This document shows positions 8,164-16,554 of a stretch of DNA of 32,000 nucleotides, one piece after another. The stretch is taken from assembly GCF_035285525.1 (NCBI RefSeq), contig NZ_JAYKGW010000061.1, forward strand, positions 1 through 32,000, read 5' to 3'. The DNA is from Okeania sp. (GTDB taxonomy: Bacteria > Cyanobacteriota > Cyanobacteriia > Cyanobacteriales > Microcoleaceae). The number at the start of each line of letters is the position of its first letter. Position 1 is the stretch's first letter. The notes under the pieces were generated by a model. That model saw only the letters and a program-made list of their open reading frames with translations, had not been told where the DNA came from and did not search any database. Both the position numbers and the translations under genes were made by a program.

Positions 8164-8309
8164 TATTAATTGGCCTGAAATTTAATAGTGTTTCTTAATA
8201 GAGTTGTTTCTTTACAATTCTTAAATATATTCTAAAAGGAGTTAACTGAACGTCAAGCATATCTGTGTAAAAATTTTAAAGAAGTTAAAAATATACCAGC
8301 AGAAGAAAT

Positions 8310-8882
8310 ATGTCAAATTCATCAGACTCAACTTCTTCCTTGCCTCCTACAGTTAAACAAGTAGCCCAAGCTCTCAGGTTAGGTGGTTGGGCTTGCTTTT
8401 GGGTACAACTTGTGTTGGGGATAATTTCTGGCATAATTTTTCTGTTTGCTGTAGTGGCTTTACCAGGTCAGAAACCTGGAGCAGGTTCAGGAGGTGGATT
8501 ATTTTTTGCTGTTTGTGGACTTGTGGTACTGTCATTTAGTATTTACTTGGCCTTTCGTTATACTCGTTTAGCCAGAGATTTGCGATCGCCTACACCTTCT
8601 TTAAGGCCAAGTAGGGCAGATACAACTCAACAAGTGAAAAGGACTTTAATTGCTAATCTGATTGGTATGAGCCTAACTTTATTTGGGGCAGAAGCAATGG
8701 GGGGAATTTTGTTAGGTAAGTCATTAGCTAGACCACAAATATTGATTGAAAGCACTGCTAATCTGAGAGAGTTTATTCAACCACTAGACATTTTTATAGT
8801 TTTGGGTAATACTCACATGATTGTAGCCCATTTTATTGGAATCGTAGTAGGACTATTATTGCTTGACAGGGTTTACAAGTAG
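8310..8882 (+). CDS. Multi-pass membrane protein, DUF3611-like (cyanobacterial)
   Basis: 190-aa ORF with four predicted hydrophobic helices. The N-terminal ...LRLGGWACFWVQLVLGIISG... resembles DUF3611 proteins. The family call is from memory only. Confidence 0.7.
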   Translation: MSNSSDSTSSLPPTVKQVAQALRLGGWACFWVQLVLGIISGIIFLFAVVALPGQKPGAGSGGGLFFAVCGLVVLSFSIYLAFRYTRLARDLRSPTPSLRPSRADTTQQVKRTLIANLIGMSLTLFGAEAMGGILLGKSLARPQILIESTANLREFIQPLDIFIVLGNTHMIVAHFIGIVVGLLLLDRVYK

Positions 8883-8906
8883 TCAACTGAATAATGGACA
8901 ATTGAT

Positions 8907-9130
8907 AATTAGGGTTTGCTGATTAAATCTAAAAGGATTAACAGACAAAGCTTAAAGGCTTTTTCTAATCACAGAGATTTTCAAAAAACTACTCAATTAA
9001 CCTGGAAAATTCTGGATTTTTTCTCACAAAACTTGGAAAAATTTAGAACAATTAATGGCTGTAACTATTGCCCCCATAGCATTGCCCATTGCCTACCTTC
9101 GCCAACAGACTTTTTCAGCCAACCCTAATT
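8907..9130. mobile_element. 224-bp MITE-like element (family A) bounded by imperfect TIRs aattagggtttgctga / tcagccaaccctaatt
   Basis: TIRs read directly at 8907-8922 and 9115-9130. The interior is shared with 281-475. ORF 8916..9128 is a translation of the repeat. Confidence 0.75.
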
Positions 9131-9162
9131 AATTTTCAAAGGTTTAAAGCCTCTGCTTTTTA

Positions 9163-9296
9163 GGAGCGATAATTAGCCGAGTTTCCCCTATAGTGGGATG
9201 GCATACTTCGGATCGGAGTGGCTCTTCTATTCCCTCCTTGACGCTACACATTTCATGGCCCGCAGCCTTCACCAAGTTGGGGGTTAGCTAAACTCC
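9163..9296. ncRNA. Candidate structured RNA of unknown class (strand undetermined)
   Basis: A 134-nt island of ~52% G+C (70/134, my count) in strongly AT-rich intergenic DNA. The ends can pair as interrupted helices: ggag/ctcc, ttagc/gctaa, cccc/gggg. No ORF, and I see no match to a known motif. Confidence 0.3.
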
Positions 9297-10234
9297 ATAT
9301 CCAAATTTACTAAGAAAAAAGAAACAAGTCCACACTTGGTTCAATCTTCTCAGTTTTAACTTGAAGCAATTAAGTAGGTAGGTGAAAAAATTTATAAGTA
9401 AGTCCGCAGCTACTGTAACGAAGTGAAAAGAAGCAATATAATCGGTTTCAACTGCTTTAAAATTTTGTTACATAGTGACGTTGTATTCACACCAACATAC
9501 TTAATTTATTATTAATATATCTATAAAATATCAATGCTTAGTGATAAAAATATTATTTATTATACAATTTTTCATGCATTTTTGCTATACTCAGGAGTTG
9601 CTGAAGAAATCTAAAAGCATTTATATATAAAGCTTTTAGCATTTTTAGGTATCAAAAAAGTACCAGCTTTTAGGTATCTCATTTTTGGCTCACGGGAAAC
9701 AGAAAAATCAAAGGACAATTCTTATTCTTACCTCCTCTAAATTTCTCCTGAGTCCTGACTCCTGAGTCGTGACTCCTGATTTCTGACTCCTACCCTTACT
9801 AAAAGAAAAGACTGAAGAAGTGCCAACCCTACTTAATAAGCTGGCAAAATCACTTTTCTTCATAACCGGAATTATCATTATATCAAGCATTTGCTCAAAC
9901 AGATAATATTTATAAATAGAAAACCGAAATATAGCAAAGTTTATGGTAGTTTGTATTACTTCTGACTTCTGACTTCATTCCTTTTCTTGGTCTTTTCAGG
10001 CCCAAATTATAATTAAAAACTAAAGAAGTCAAAAAATCTACAGAAATTAGACGTTTCATCGCTCCATATCACCCAAGTACAGATTAGAATAAACCAGTGA
10101 AAGCTAGATTATATGAGGTTTTCAGCAAAAAAAAATCCTGATGTTATTTCCAAGACTCATGCTTATGATAAGTAAGAGAATAGGGGAAAGCATTATCATT
10201 CAAAGGATATGAGGTTTTGCTAATAAAAAAGGTT

Positions 10235-10297
10235 GTAGGGGCAGGTTTTCATGTTAAACTAACCAGTTTCACATAAAGCTAGCTAAACCCGCCCCCC
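10235..10297. repeat. Small palindromic dispersed element (gtaggggcaggttt ... aaacccgcccc)
   Basis: Inverted termini read directly. Related half-sites or hairpins occur at 5388-5403, 7923-7949 and 2015-2042. Confidence 0.5.
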
Positions 10298-10422
10298 CAC
10301 AAAAAGCCAAATAGTAAAACATCCATATACCCAAAGACCTTACTGGCTGGAATTATGGATTTATTAAATTGCTAAATAAACCCTGCTAGAATACCTTGTC
10401 CAACATAAAAAGGAGTATCTAA

Positions 10423-10710
10423 ATGAACAAAGGTGAATTAGTTGACGCAATTGCTAAAAAAGCTGAAGTTACTAAAAAACAAGCCGATGCTGTACTAAGT
10501 GCAGCCCTAGAAGCTATCATGGAGGCTGTGGCAGAAGGGGATAAAGTTACCCTAGTGGGCTTTGGTTCATTTGAATCAAGAGAACGCAAAGCACGTGAAG
10601 GTCGTAACCCTAAAACAGGGGACAAAATGGAAATTCCTGAAACTACAGTCCCTGCCTTTTCTGCGGGTAAATCTTTCAAAGAGTTAGTGGCCGAAAGAAA
10701 CGGTAAATAA
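10423..10710 (+). CDS. hup: HU family DNA-binding protein
   Basis: 95-aa ORF: MNKGELVDAIA...VTLVGFGSFESRERKAREGRNPKTGDKMEIPETTVPAFSAGK is the canonical HU/IHF fold sequence. The Shine-Dalgarno sequence aaaggag lies 8 nt upstream. Confidence 0.95.
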   Translation: MNKGELVDAIAKKAEVTKKQADAVLSAALEAIMEAVAEGDKVTLVGFGSFESRERKAREGRNPKTGDKMEIPETTVPAFSAGKSFKELVAERNGK

Positions 10711-10723
10711 TTATTATCCAGCT

Positions 10724-11782
10724 TTGACTAAACCAGTACACGGAGGAAATTTAGCTTGGGCGGCCACAATAGCAGGTTGTCCAACATCTGCTATTATTGA
10801 TTTCTCGGCTAGTATTAATCCTCTAGGGCCACCTAATTCGGCGCTCCAAGCTATTCAAAGCAATATCAATCAACTGAGAGCTTACCCAGACCCTAGTTAT
10901 CAGGAGTTAAAGAAAGCTATAAGTTTGACTCACCCTCCTCTGACTCCAGAATGGGTTTTGCCTGGCAATGGTGCAGCGGAATTATTAACTTGGGCAGCTC
11001 TAGAGTTGTCAAAGCTGGAAACAACTTATTTATTAGTGCCTGCTTTTAGTGACTATTGGCGTGCCTTGAAGACTTTTGCAGCTAATGTAGTTGAATGTCC
11101 CCTGGAAATAGGGGAATGGAAATTAGAACAGTTAGCAATAAAATCTGATATAAGCAAAGGACTACTACTTAATAATCCTCACAACCCTACGGGAATGTTG
11201 ATGGAGCTAGAAAGTATAGTCCCTTTTTTAGAGAAGTTTGGTTTGGTAGTGGTAGATGAAGCATTTATGGATTTCTTGCCACCACCCCAACTTGAAAGTT
11301 TAATTCCACTGGTGACTAAATTTGACAATTTGGTTATTTTACGCTCTTTGACTAAATTCTACAGTTTACCTGGACTAAGGATAGGTTATGTAATTTCTCA
11401 TCCTGAACGCCTTCGGAAATGGGAAAAATGGCGCGACCCTTGGTCTGTAAATAGTTTAGCTATAGCTGCTGCTCAAGCAGTTTTAGAGGATAAAGTTTTT
11501 CAGGAGCAAACTTGGAATTGGTTGTCAAAAGCTTGTCCTCAACTATTTCAGGGTTTGGCAGAGTTACCAGGTTTACAACCTTATTCTGGTGCAGCAAATT
11601 TTTTATTGGTCAAGTCAGAAAAATCTGTTGACCAGCTACAGATTAAATTACTAAAAGAATATCAAATTTTGATTAGAGATTGTTTGAGTTTTGCTGAATT
11701 AGGCGATCGCTATTTTCGAGTAGCTGTCCGTACCCAAGAAGAAAATCAAAAGTTAATTGATGCTTTAGCAAAAATTTTATAG
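10724..11782 (+). CDS. cobD: L-threonine-O-3-phosphate decarboxylase (CobD, cobalamin biosynthesis; class I/II aminotransferase fold)
   Basis: HGGN near the N-terminus, then DFSASINPLGPP, NNPHNPTG, DEAFMDF, LRSLTKFYSLPGLRIGY (PLP lysine), PWSVN and RYFRVAVR all parallel Salmonella CobD as I recall it. TTG start 13 nt after the hup stop. Confidence 0.85.
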   Translation: MTKPVHGGNLAWAATIAGCPTSAIIDFSASINPLGPPNSALQAIQSNINQLRAYPDPSYQELKKAISLTHPPLTPEWVLPGNGAAELLTWAALELSKLETTYLLVPAFSDYWRALKTFAANVVECPLEIGEWKLEQLAIKSDISKGLLLNNPHNPTGMLMELESIVPFLEKFGLVVVDEAFMDFLPPPQLESLIPLVTKFDNLVILRSLTKFYSLPGLRIGYVISHPERLRKWEKWRDPWSVNSLAIAAAQAVLEDKVFQEQTWNWLSKACPQLFQGLAELPGLQPYSGAANFLLVKSEKSVDQLQIKLLKEYQILIRDCLSFAELGDRYFRVAVRTQEENQKLIDALAKIL

Positions 11783-11788
11783 AGAATA

Positions 11789-11840
11789 GGGAGTAGGGTT
11801 GTTTCAGTTATCAGTTCTCAGTTCTCAGTTCTCAGTAGCT
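11789..11840. repeat. Heptamer arrays (gggagta x~1.5, then cagttct x4)
   Basis: gggagtagggttgtttcagttatcagttctcagttctcagttctcag read directly, starting 7 nt after the cobD stop. Confidence 0.7.
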
Positions 11841-11864
11841 CGTGAAATAAGAAATTAGTATATT

Positions 11865-12667
11865 AAATTTTGGCGTTGGTGAATCAAGCTATGAATTAAG
11901 GTATGATTAAAATCAATCAAGATTACTATAGTCTCAAATCATGGAATGTCCCGAATGTAAATCTCATCATATCCGCAAAAACGGAATTAATCGGCAAGGG
12001 AAACAAAACTACATCTGTGTTAATTGTTCTCGTCAATTCATTGATAATTATCAATTAGAACAGGGCTATTCTAACGAATTTAAACATGAATGTTTAACAA
12101 TGTATGTCAATGGTATGGGAATTAGAGCGATCGCTCTTGGTCAAAAAAATTCACCACGCCACTATAATCAATTGGATTAAACAAGTGGGTGAGTTATTGC
12201 CCAATAGTTATTCGACACTACTGGACTCCACAGGTGGGAGAATTAGATGAACTGGAGACTTTTGTCGGTAAAAAAAAACAAGATTTGGATATGGACTGCG
12301 GTAGATCATTTTAAGAGAGGTATTTTAGAGTGGGTGATTGGAGATCATAGTGCAGAAACCTTTGAACCGTTGTGGGCACAGGTAGAAAAGTGGAACTGTT
12401 ATTTCTATGTAACAGATGGATGGAAAGTATATCCACAGTTGATTTCAGAGGGGGATCAGATTATTAGTAAAACCTATATGACCAGGGTCGAAGGAGAAAA
12501 TACAAGACTAAGGCACCCTGAAAGCCAGACTACACCGAAAAACTTTATGTTATTCAAAGTCGGTGGAAATGTTGAAGTATTCTGTCCGTTTACTGATTCA
12601 TTATCTTTATTGGAAAGATGTTCCAGTTCCTTATCGTTCATAGCTCAATTCACCAACGCCTAAATTT
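11865..12667 (+). mobile_element. IS1-family insertion sequence (~803 bp), decayed
   Basis: 20-bp TIRs aaattttggcgttggtgaat (11865-11884) and attcaccaacgcctaaattt (12648-12667) with 1 mismatch. The size matches IS1 (~770-800 bp). The interior encodes IS1-type transposase fragments. Confidence 0.85.
11941..12643 (+). pseudogene. IS1-family transposase with at least four frameshifts
   Basis: The Zn-finger N-terminus MECPECKSHHIRKNG...QNYICVNCSRQF, then HHATIINWIKQVGELLP, PQVGELDELETFVGKKK, NKIWIWTAVDH...YVTDGWKVYP and LKARLHRKTLCYSKSVEMLKYSVRLLIHYL can only be read by switching frames. Two of the switches fall in A7 (about 12143) and A9 (about 12273) runs. Confidence 0.85.
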
Positions 12668-12780
12668 TTAGGTAGTTATGTACAAGTAGTGATATTTGGA
12701 TAAAAGGGCAACTATGGCTCTTAGATTATTTAGTATGATAGATAAATTATGGCATAGAAATTGCCAATTATTTTCCCCTA

Positions 12781-12855
12781 GTGCGAGCATCCTGCTCGCA
12801 CGAGTCTATCTCACCAAACTGAGAAACCCGGTTTCTTAAAGAAACCGGGTTTCTT
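12781..12855. repeat. Two GC-rich hairpin elements (gtgcgagca-tcc-tgctcgcac and agaaacccggtttc-ttaaa-gaaaccgggtttct)
   Basis: Perfect stems read directly, 60-130 bp upstream of the oxidoreductase start. They look like REP-like dispersed palindromes. Confidence 0.6.
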
Positions 12856-12914
12856 ATGTCTCCCCCTCTCCGCGTCTCCGCTTCTTCGTACTTCCTCTTT
12901 ATTCTTAATAAATT

Positions 12915-14378
12915 ATGATTGATTATGATGTAGTAATTATAGGTGGAACAATCACAGGTATTTATGCTGCTATTACCGCAACAAAATTTCAAGGACGTGT
13001 TGCTCTTGTACAACCTCCTCTTGCAGAAATAAATACAAATAATTCCCCAATTTTTGATAATACTCAAGGATTTCATCACTACAAAATTATCAATCAAATA
13101 GCAAATTTTGTTGAACAGATACACCACAAACAACAGTTCGGTATTTATCAAGAAAGTGATGATTTGGGAGAAATTTCAGTTAATTTTAAAGAAGCAAAAA
13201 AGTATGCTAATTATGTAATTAATAATCAATTAGCAAAATATGAACCTGCGGTTTTAGCAACTTTAGGAATAGATGTAATTTTTAGTGAGGGAAAATTTGT
13301 AGATCGACCTCATCTATCTTTTGTTGTTAAAGGCAGACATTTACGTTCACGGAAATATTTATTAGCTACTCCATCTCAACCTTTAATACCAGAAATTCCA
13401 GGATTAATTACTACTGGATTTATTATTCCCCAAAAAATTGAACAACTTTCTAAACAACCTCAAAGTTTAATAGTTATTGGAGGTGATCCTAGTGGAATAG
13501 AAATAGCACAAACTTTTTGTCGGTTAGGAACTAAAGTTACGATAGTTGTCAAAAGTTCTTATATTTTAGATAAGGAAGATTCAGAAGCAGCATTTTTAGT
13601 TCAAGCTCAGTTAGAGGCGGAAGGTATTAGAATTTTAACTAAAACTAAAGTATCTGAAGTTAGAAAAATAGAGGATAAAAAATTTGTTTTAGTAGGAGAT
13701 GAAGTGATAGAAACTGATGAAATTATTTTGGCAGCAGGTAATAAATCAAGTTTAGAAAATTTTAATTTGGAAGCAGTGGGAGTGAAGTTTAAAAATAATA
13801 AGTTGTTGTTAAATAAAAAGTTGCAAACGACTAATTATCGGATTTATGCTTGTGGAGATTTATTAGGAGGATATTCTTTTCCTCATATTGCTAATTATGA
13901 AGCTAAAATAGCAATCAAAAATATTCTGTATTTACCTATTTTTTCAGTTAACTATAATAGTATTCCTTGGGCAATATTCTCAGAACCACAATTAGCAAGA
14001 GTTGGTTTAACTGAACAACAAGCTAGACAACGTTATGGAGAAAATGTATTAGTTTGGCGAGAAAATTTTAAAAATATTGCTCGGGCACAAATTTTGAGCA
14101 AAACAACAGGATTTTGTAAAATTGTTGGTCATCGTAATGGGAAAATTTTAGGAGTTTCCATAGTAGGGAATCAAGCAAGTGAAATAATTCATGTTATGGC
14201 ATTAGCTATTCGTCAAGAAATAAAAATAGAGGCGATTGCTGAATTACCTAATGTTTGGCCGACAATATCAGAAATTAATGCTCAAACAGCAACAGCATGG
14301 TTAAGGCAAAAACGAGAAAAAAATCAAATACTTAAAGATTTGCTAGAAAATTTATTTCATTGGCGACGTTCATTCTAG
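12915..14378 (+). CDS. FAD/NAD(P)-binding pyridine nucleotide-disulfide oxidoreductase family protein, a divergent form lacking the redox-active CxxxxC
   Basis: 487-aa ORF with an N-terminal Rossmann motif DVVIIGGTITG, a second dinucleotide motif LIVIGGDPSGIE, ACGD, and a C-terminal dimerisation domain (...PTISE...). Confidence 0.85.
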   Translation: MIDYDVVIIGGTITGIYAAITATKFQGRVALVQPPLAEINTNNSPIFDNTQGFHHYKIINQIANFVEQIHHKQQFGIYQESDDLGEISVNFKEAKKYANYVINNQLAKYEPAVLATLGIDVIFSEGKFVDRPHLSFVVKGRHLRSRKYLLATPSQPLIPEIPGLITTGFIIPQKIEQLSKQPQSLIVIGGDPSGIEIAQTFCRLGTKVTIVVKSSYILDKEDSEAAFLVQAQLEAEGIRILTKTKVSEVRKIEDKKFVLVGDEVIETDEIILAAGNKSSLENFNLEAVGVKFKNNKLLLNKKLQTTNYRIYACGDLLGGYSFPHIANYEAKIAIKNILYLPIFSVNYNSIPWAIFSEPQLARVGLTEQQARQRYGENVLVWRENFKNIARAQILSKTTGFCKIVGHRNGKILGVSIVGNQASEIIHVMALAIRQEIKIEAIAELPNVWPTISEINAQTATAWLRQKREKNQILKDLLENLFHWRRSF

Positions 14379-14402
14379 AGGAAGCAATAACTAATCAGGA
14401 AT

Positions 14403-14770
14403 AAGTAATCAGGAATAAGAAAATTGTGCTAAATTTAAAGTTATAGGTTAAGAGTAAGATGCCCGTACTTGTAGAAACAAATTCTATAGAAAAAAGATAA
14501 TAAATAACATCGAAACTCCAATTTTTATGAAACGCCAAGATATAACTTTAGGTGACACACTATTACGAATAATATTATAAGAAGTAATAAATAATAAGTA
14601 AGAAGTAATCAGGAAGAAGAAAATTGTGCTAAATATAAGGTTATACGTTAAGAGTTAAGATGCCTATACTTGTAGAAACAAATTATTGAAAAAAGATAAT
14701 AAATAACATCGAAACTCCAATTTTTATGAAACGCCAAGATGTAACTTTAGTTGACACACTATTTAGCATT
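14403..14770. repeat. Tandem duplication of a ~200-bp unit (2 copies)
   Basis: aaaattgtgctaaat starts at 14420 and 14620 (period 200). The units share ...gatgccYRtacttgtagaaacaaatt...gataataaataacatcgaaactccaatttttatgaaacgccaagatRtaactttag. Confidence 0.85.
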
Positions 14771-14845
14771 TCCTTTCTTACGGAATGCTTCGCAAATAAC
14801 TATCAGCCGATAACTGATAGCTGAATGGTTACTTAATAATGAGTT

Positions 14846-14978
14846 ATATTATGTCCGGTTGAATAATTAGACTTTGGTGGAAGGAAGGCAGAAGGTAGCT
14901 ATGCTGGAGGCAAAAGGTTTTATCTCATTTTCACCTGAATTTTATAAACGCTCCGATGCTACCGGACATGATATTAAT
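14846..14978. repeat. Second copy of dispersed repeat family B
   Basis: atattatgtccggttgaataattagactttggtggaaggaagg...accggacatgatattaat aligns with 1406-1522. Confidence 0.75.
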
Positions 14979-14985
14979 AACAAAT

Positions 14986-15020
14986 AGCTGATAGTTGATA
15001 GCTGATAGCTGAATGCTTAC
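14986..15020. repeat. Heptamer array (agctgat-type) ending in the recurrent gaatgcttac motif
   Basis: agctgatagttgatagctgatagctgaatgcttac abuts the smpB stop codon. The same array plus terminal motif occurs at 20273-20312, about 25335-25365, and inverted at about 25185-25215 and 15520-15540. Confidence 0.8.
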
Positions 15021-15491
15021 TTAATATTGTTTAATTGCTCTTTGCATAGCTCGTTTATCATCTCGACGCTTAATAGTTTCACGTTTATCATAAAGTTTTT
15101 TACCTTGAGCTAAACCAATATCAACTTTTACCCAACCATGTTTAAAATACATTCTTAAAGGTACTAAAGTTAATCCTTGTTGTTCTACTTTTCCTATTAG
15201 TTTCTGAATCTCTTGTTTATGTAATAATAACTTTCTACTACGTCGAGGTTCGTGATTAAAAAAATCTCCTGCTTTTTGATATGGAGAAATATGAACATTA
15301 AGTAACCATGCTTCATTATGACGAATTAAAGCATAACCATCCCGCAAGTTAACTTTACCTTCCCGGATTGATTTTACTTCTGTTCCTTGTAATGCCACCC
15401 CAGCTTCATAAGTCTCTAATATGTGATAATTAAATCTTGCCTGACGATTATCAGCAATTAGTTTTTGCCCTTCACCACTTTTTTTACTCAT
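15021..15491 (-). CDS. smpB: SsrA-binding protein SmpB
   Basis: 156-aa ORF: IADNRQARFNYHILETYEAGVALQGTEVKSIR...NLRDGYA...EAWLLNVHISPY and a basic C-terminal tail are canonical SmpB. Confidence 0.95.
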   Translation of the reverse strand: MSKKSGEGQKLIADNRQARFNYHILETYEAGVALQGTEVKSIREGKVNLRDGYALIRHNEAWLLNVHISPYQKAGDFFNHEPRRSRKLLLHKQEIQKLIGKVEQQGLTLVPLRMYFKHGWVKVDIGLAQGKKLYDKRETIKRRDDKRAMQRAIKQY

Positions 15492-15543
15492 AATTTATTC
15501 TACTTATTTTTTTATCCTATATTAGCATTCAGCTATCAGCTTT

Positions 15544-15647
15544 AGACATCTCCAGAAATAAAAAATCGAATCAATTATCACGACAAGAAATTATCAATTC
15601 TTTCTTCCCATTGCCTATTGCCGATTGCCTCTTTTCCGAAGATGTCT
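15544..15647. repeat. Second copy of dispersed repeat family C
   Basis: agacatctccagaaataaaaaatcgaatcaattatca...ccgaagatgtct aligns with 1563-1657. It lies 53 nt upstream of the smpB start. Confidence 0.75.
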
Positions 15648-15698
15648 TTTTTTTAAGAGTCAAGCAAAAATTGCTGATAACTGATAACTGAAAAAGAA

Positions 15699-16514
15699 TC
15701 AAGCAAAAATTGCTGATAACTGATAACTGTTAACTGATAACTGAATTAAGCGTAATCGCTGTAAAATAACCATCTTAGAATTAATCACTGAAGTTCGAGC
15801 TACTATTCTGCCTTGAGAGTTAATTAGTGCTAATTTAGCAAAGTCTAAATCTTGCACTTCTTCAAACATTTGAGTAACTAATTTATCTTGTTCCTCTTGA
15901 GTCATTTCATACCAACTATCACTCACTTCAGCAATTAATAAATTAATGGGAAAATCAAATTTTAAAGATTCAACAATTCCACCACCATATTCATTAACTA
16001 AATCATCAATCTGATTCTGAATTGATACCAGAAAAACTTGCTCTGGTGTTAATTTTGGAGGTTCAGGTACAATGGACTCTAGAAAATCAGGAGCTTCAGG
16101 CAATGTCAAATCAGAAATTTCCTCATTTTCTTTAGAAAGTAAAGACTCTGCCATAGCGATCGCCTCTGTTGATTGAGATTCAACTACAGAAATATCTGCT
16201 ACTTCAGTAGTAGGTTTGTTAGAAGAAAAAGAAACAAAAATAATTACCAAAATTAGGACAAAAATAGCAGTAATCGCCCCAGTCAATAACCTATCAGAAA
16301 GCTTCTGATTAACAGACTCTGGTAGAAAGGAACGAACTAACCCGAAAACTTGCTGCCCAAATCCAGGTTTCGGTACACCTGATTCATTCTCAGTAATAGG
16401 TTGTTCTTGAGGTTGAGTTTCAGAAGCAGCAGAATAAGTTTCAGTTGTTTCCTGGGAAACTGCTTCTGTATCAGGTTGTTGGAAAATTGGTTGATTTGAT
16501 TGGTATTCTGACAT
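15699..16514 (-). CDS. Hypothetical single-pass membrane protein (Gln/Glu/Pro-rich N-terminus, one TM helix, conserved-looking C-terminal domain)
   Basis: ORF with ATG at 16514 (MSEYQSNQ...). The track's upstream TTG at 16535 is less likely. The TM segment is LLTGAITAIFVLILVIIFVSF. The last ~17 codons are read out of an agttatc heptamer array. Confidence 0.7.
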   Translation of the reverse strand: MSEYQSNQPIFQQPDTEAVSQETTETYSAASETQPQEQPITENESGVPKPGFGQQVFGLVRSFLPESVNQKLSDRLLTGAITAIFVLILVIIFVSFSSNKPTTEVADISVVESQSTEAIAMAESLLSKENEEISDLTLPEAPDFLESIVPEPPKLTPEQVFLVSIQNQIDDLVNEYGGGIVESLKFDFPINLLIAEVSDSWYEMTQEEQDKLVTQMFEEVQDLDFAKLALINSQGRIVARTSVINSKMVILQRLRLIQLSVNSYQLSAIFA

Positions 16515-16554
16515 TTTTTTATATCTTTTGAACAAAACACAATGGATAATTGAT

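Noticed and set aside
7997-8185. Plus-strand 62-aa ORF
   Set aside because: It is the antisense shadow of the clearly recognisable minus-strand HLIP gene (7993-8163), whose terminator confirms minus-strand transcription.
8200-8230. Possible HLR1-type (TTACAA direct repeat) high-light regulatory element upstream of hli (gttgtttctttacaatt)
   Set aside because: Only one half-site is convincing and the spacing and orientation are ambiguous. TTTACA-like strings are frequent in this AT-rich DNA.
10419-10679. Minus-strand 86-aa ORF
   Set aside because: It is antisense to the canonical HU gene.
12140-12280. Programmed ribosomal frameshifting in the IS1-like transposase at the A7/A9 runs
   Set aside because: The shift needed at A7 is +1 rather than the IS1-type -1, and at least two further frame breaks lie outside homopolymers. 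Simple decay is the more economical reading.
12768-13151. Minus-strand 127-aa ORF
   Set aside because: It overlaps the 5' end of the well-supported oxidoreductase on the opposite strand and runs through GC-rich hairpin repeats. Its composition is low-complexity and Cys/Ile/Asn-rich.
14379-15700. Looked for a tmRNA (ssrA) gene next to smpB
   Set aside because: There is no tRNA-like acceptor/T-arm sequence (GGUUCGAnUCC…CCA) or tag-peptide reading frame. The flanks consist of repeat families B and C and heptamer arrays.
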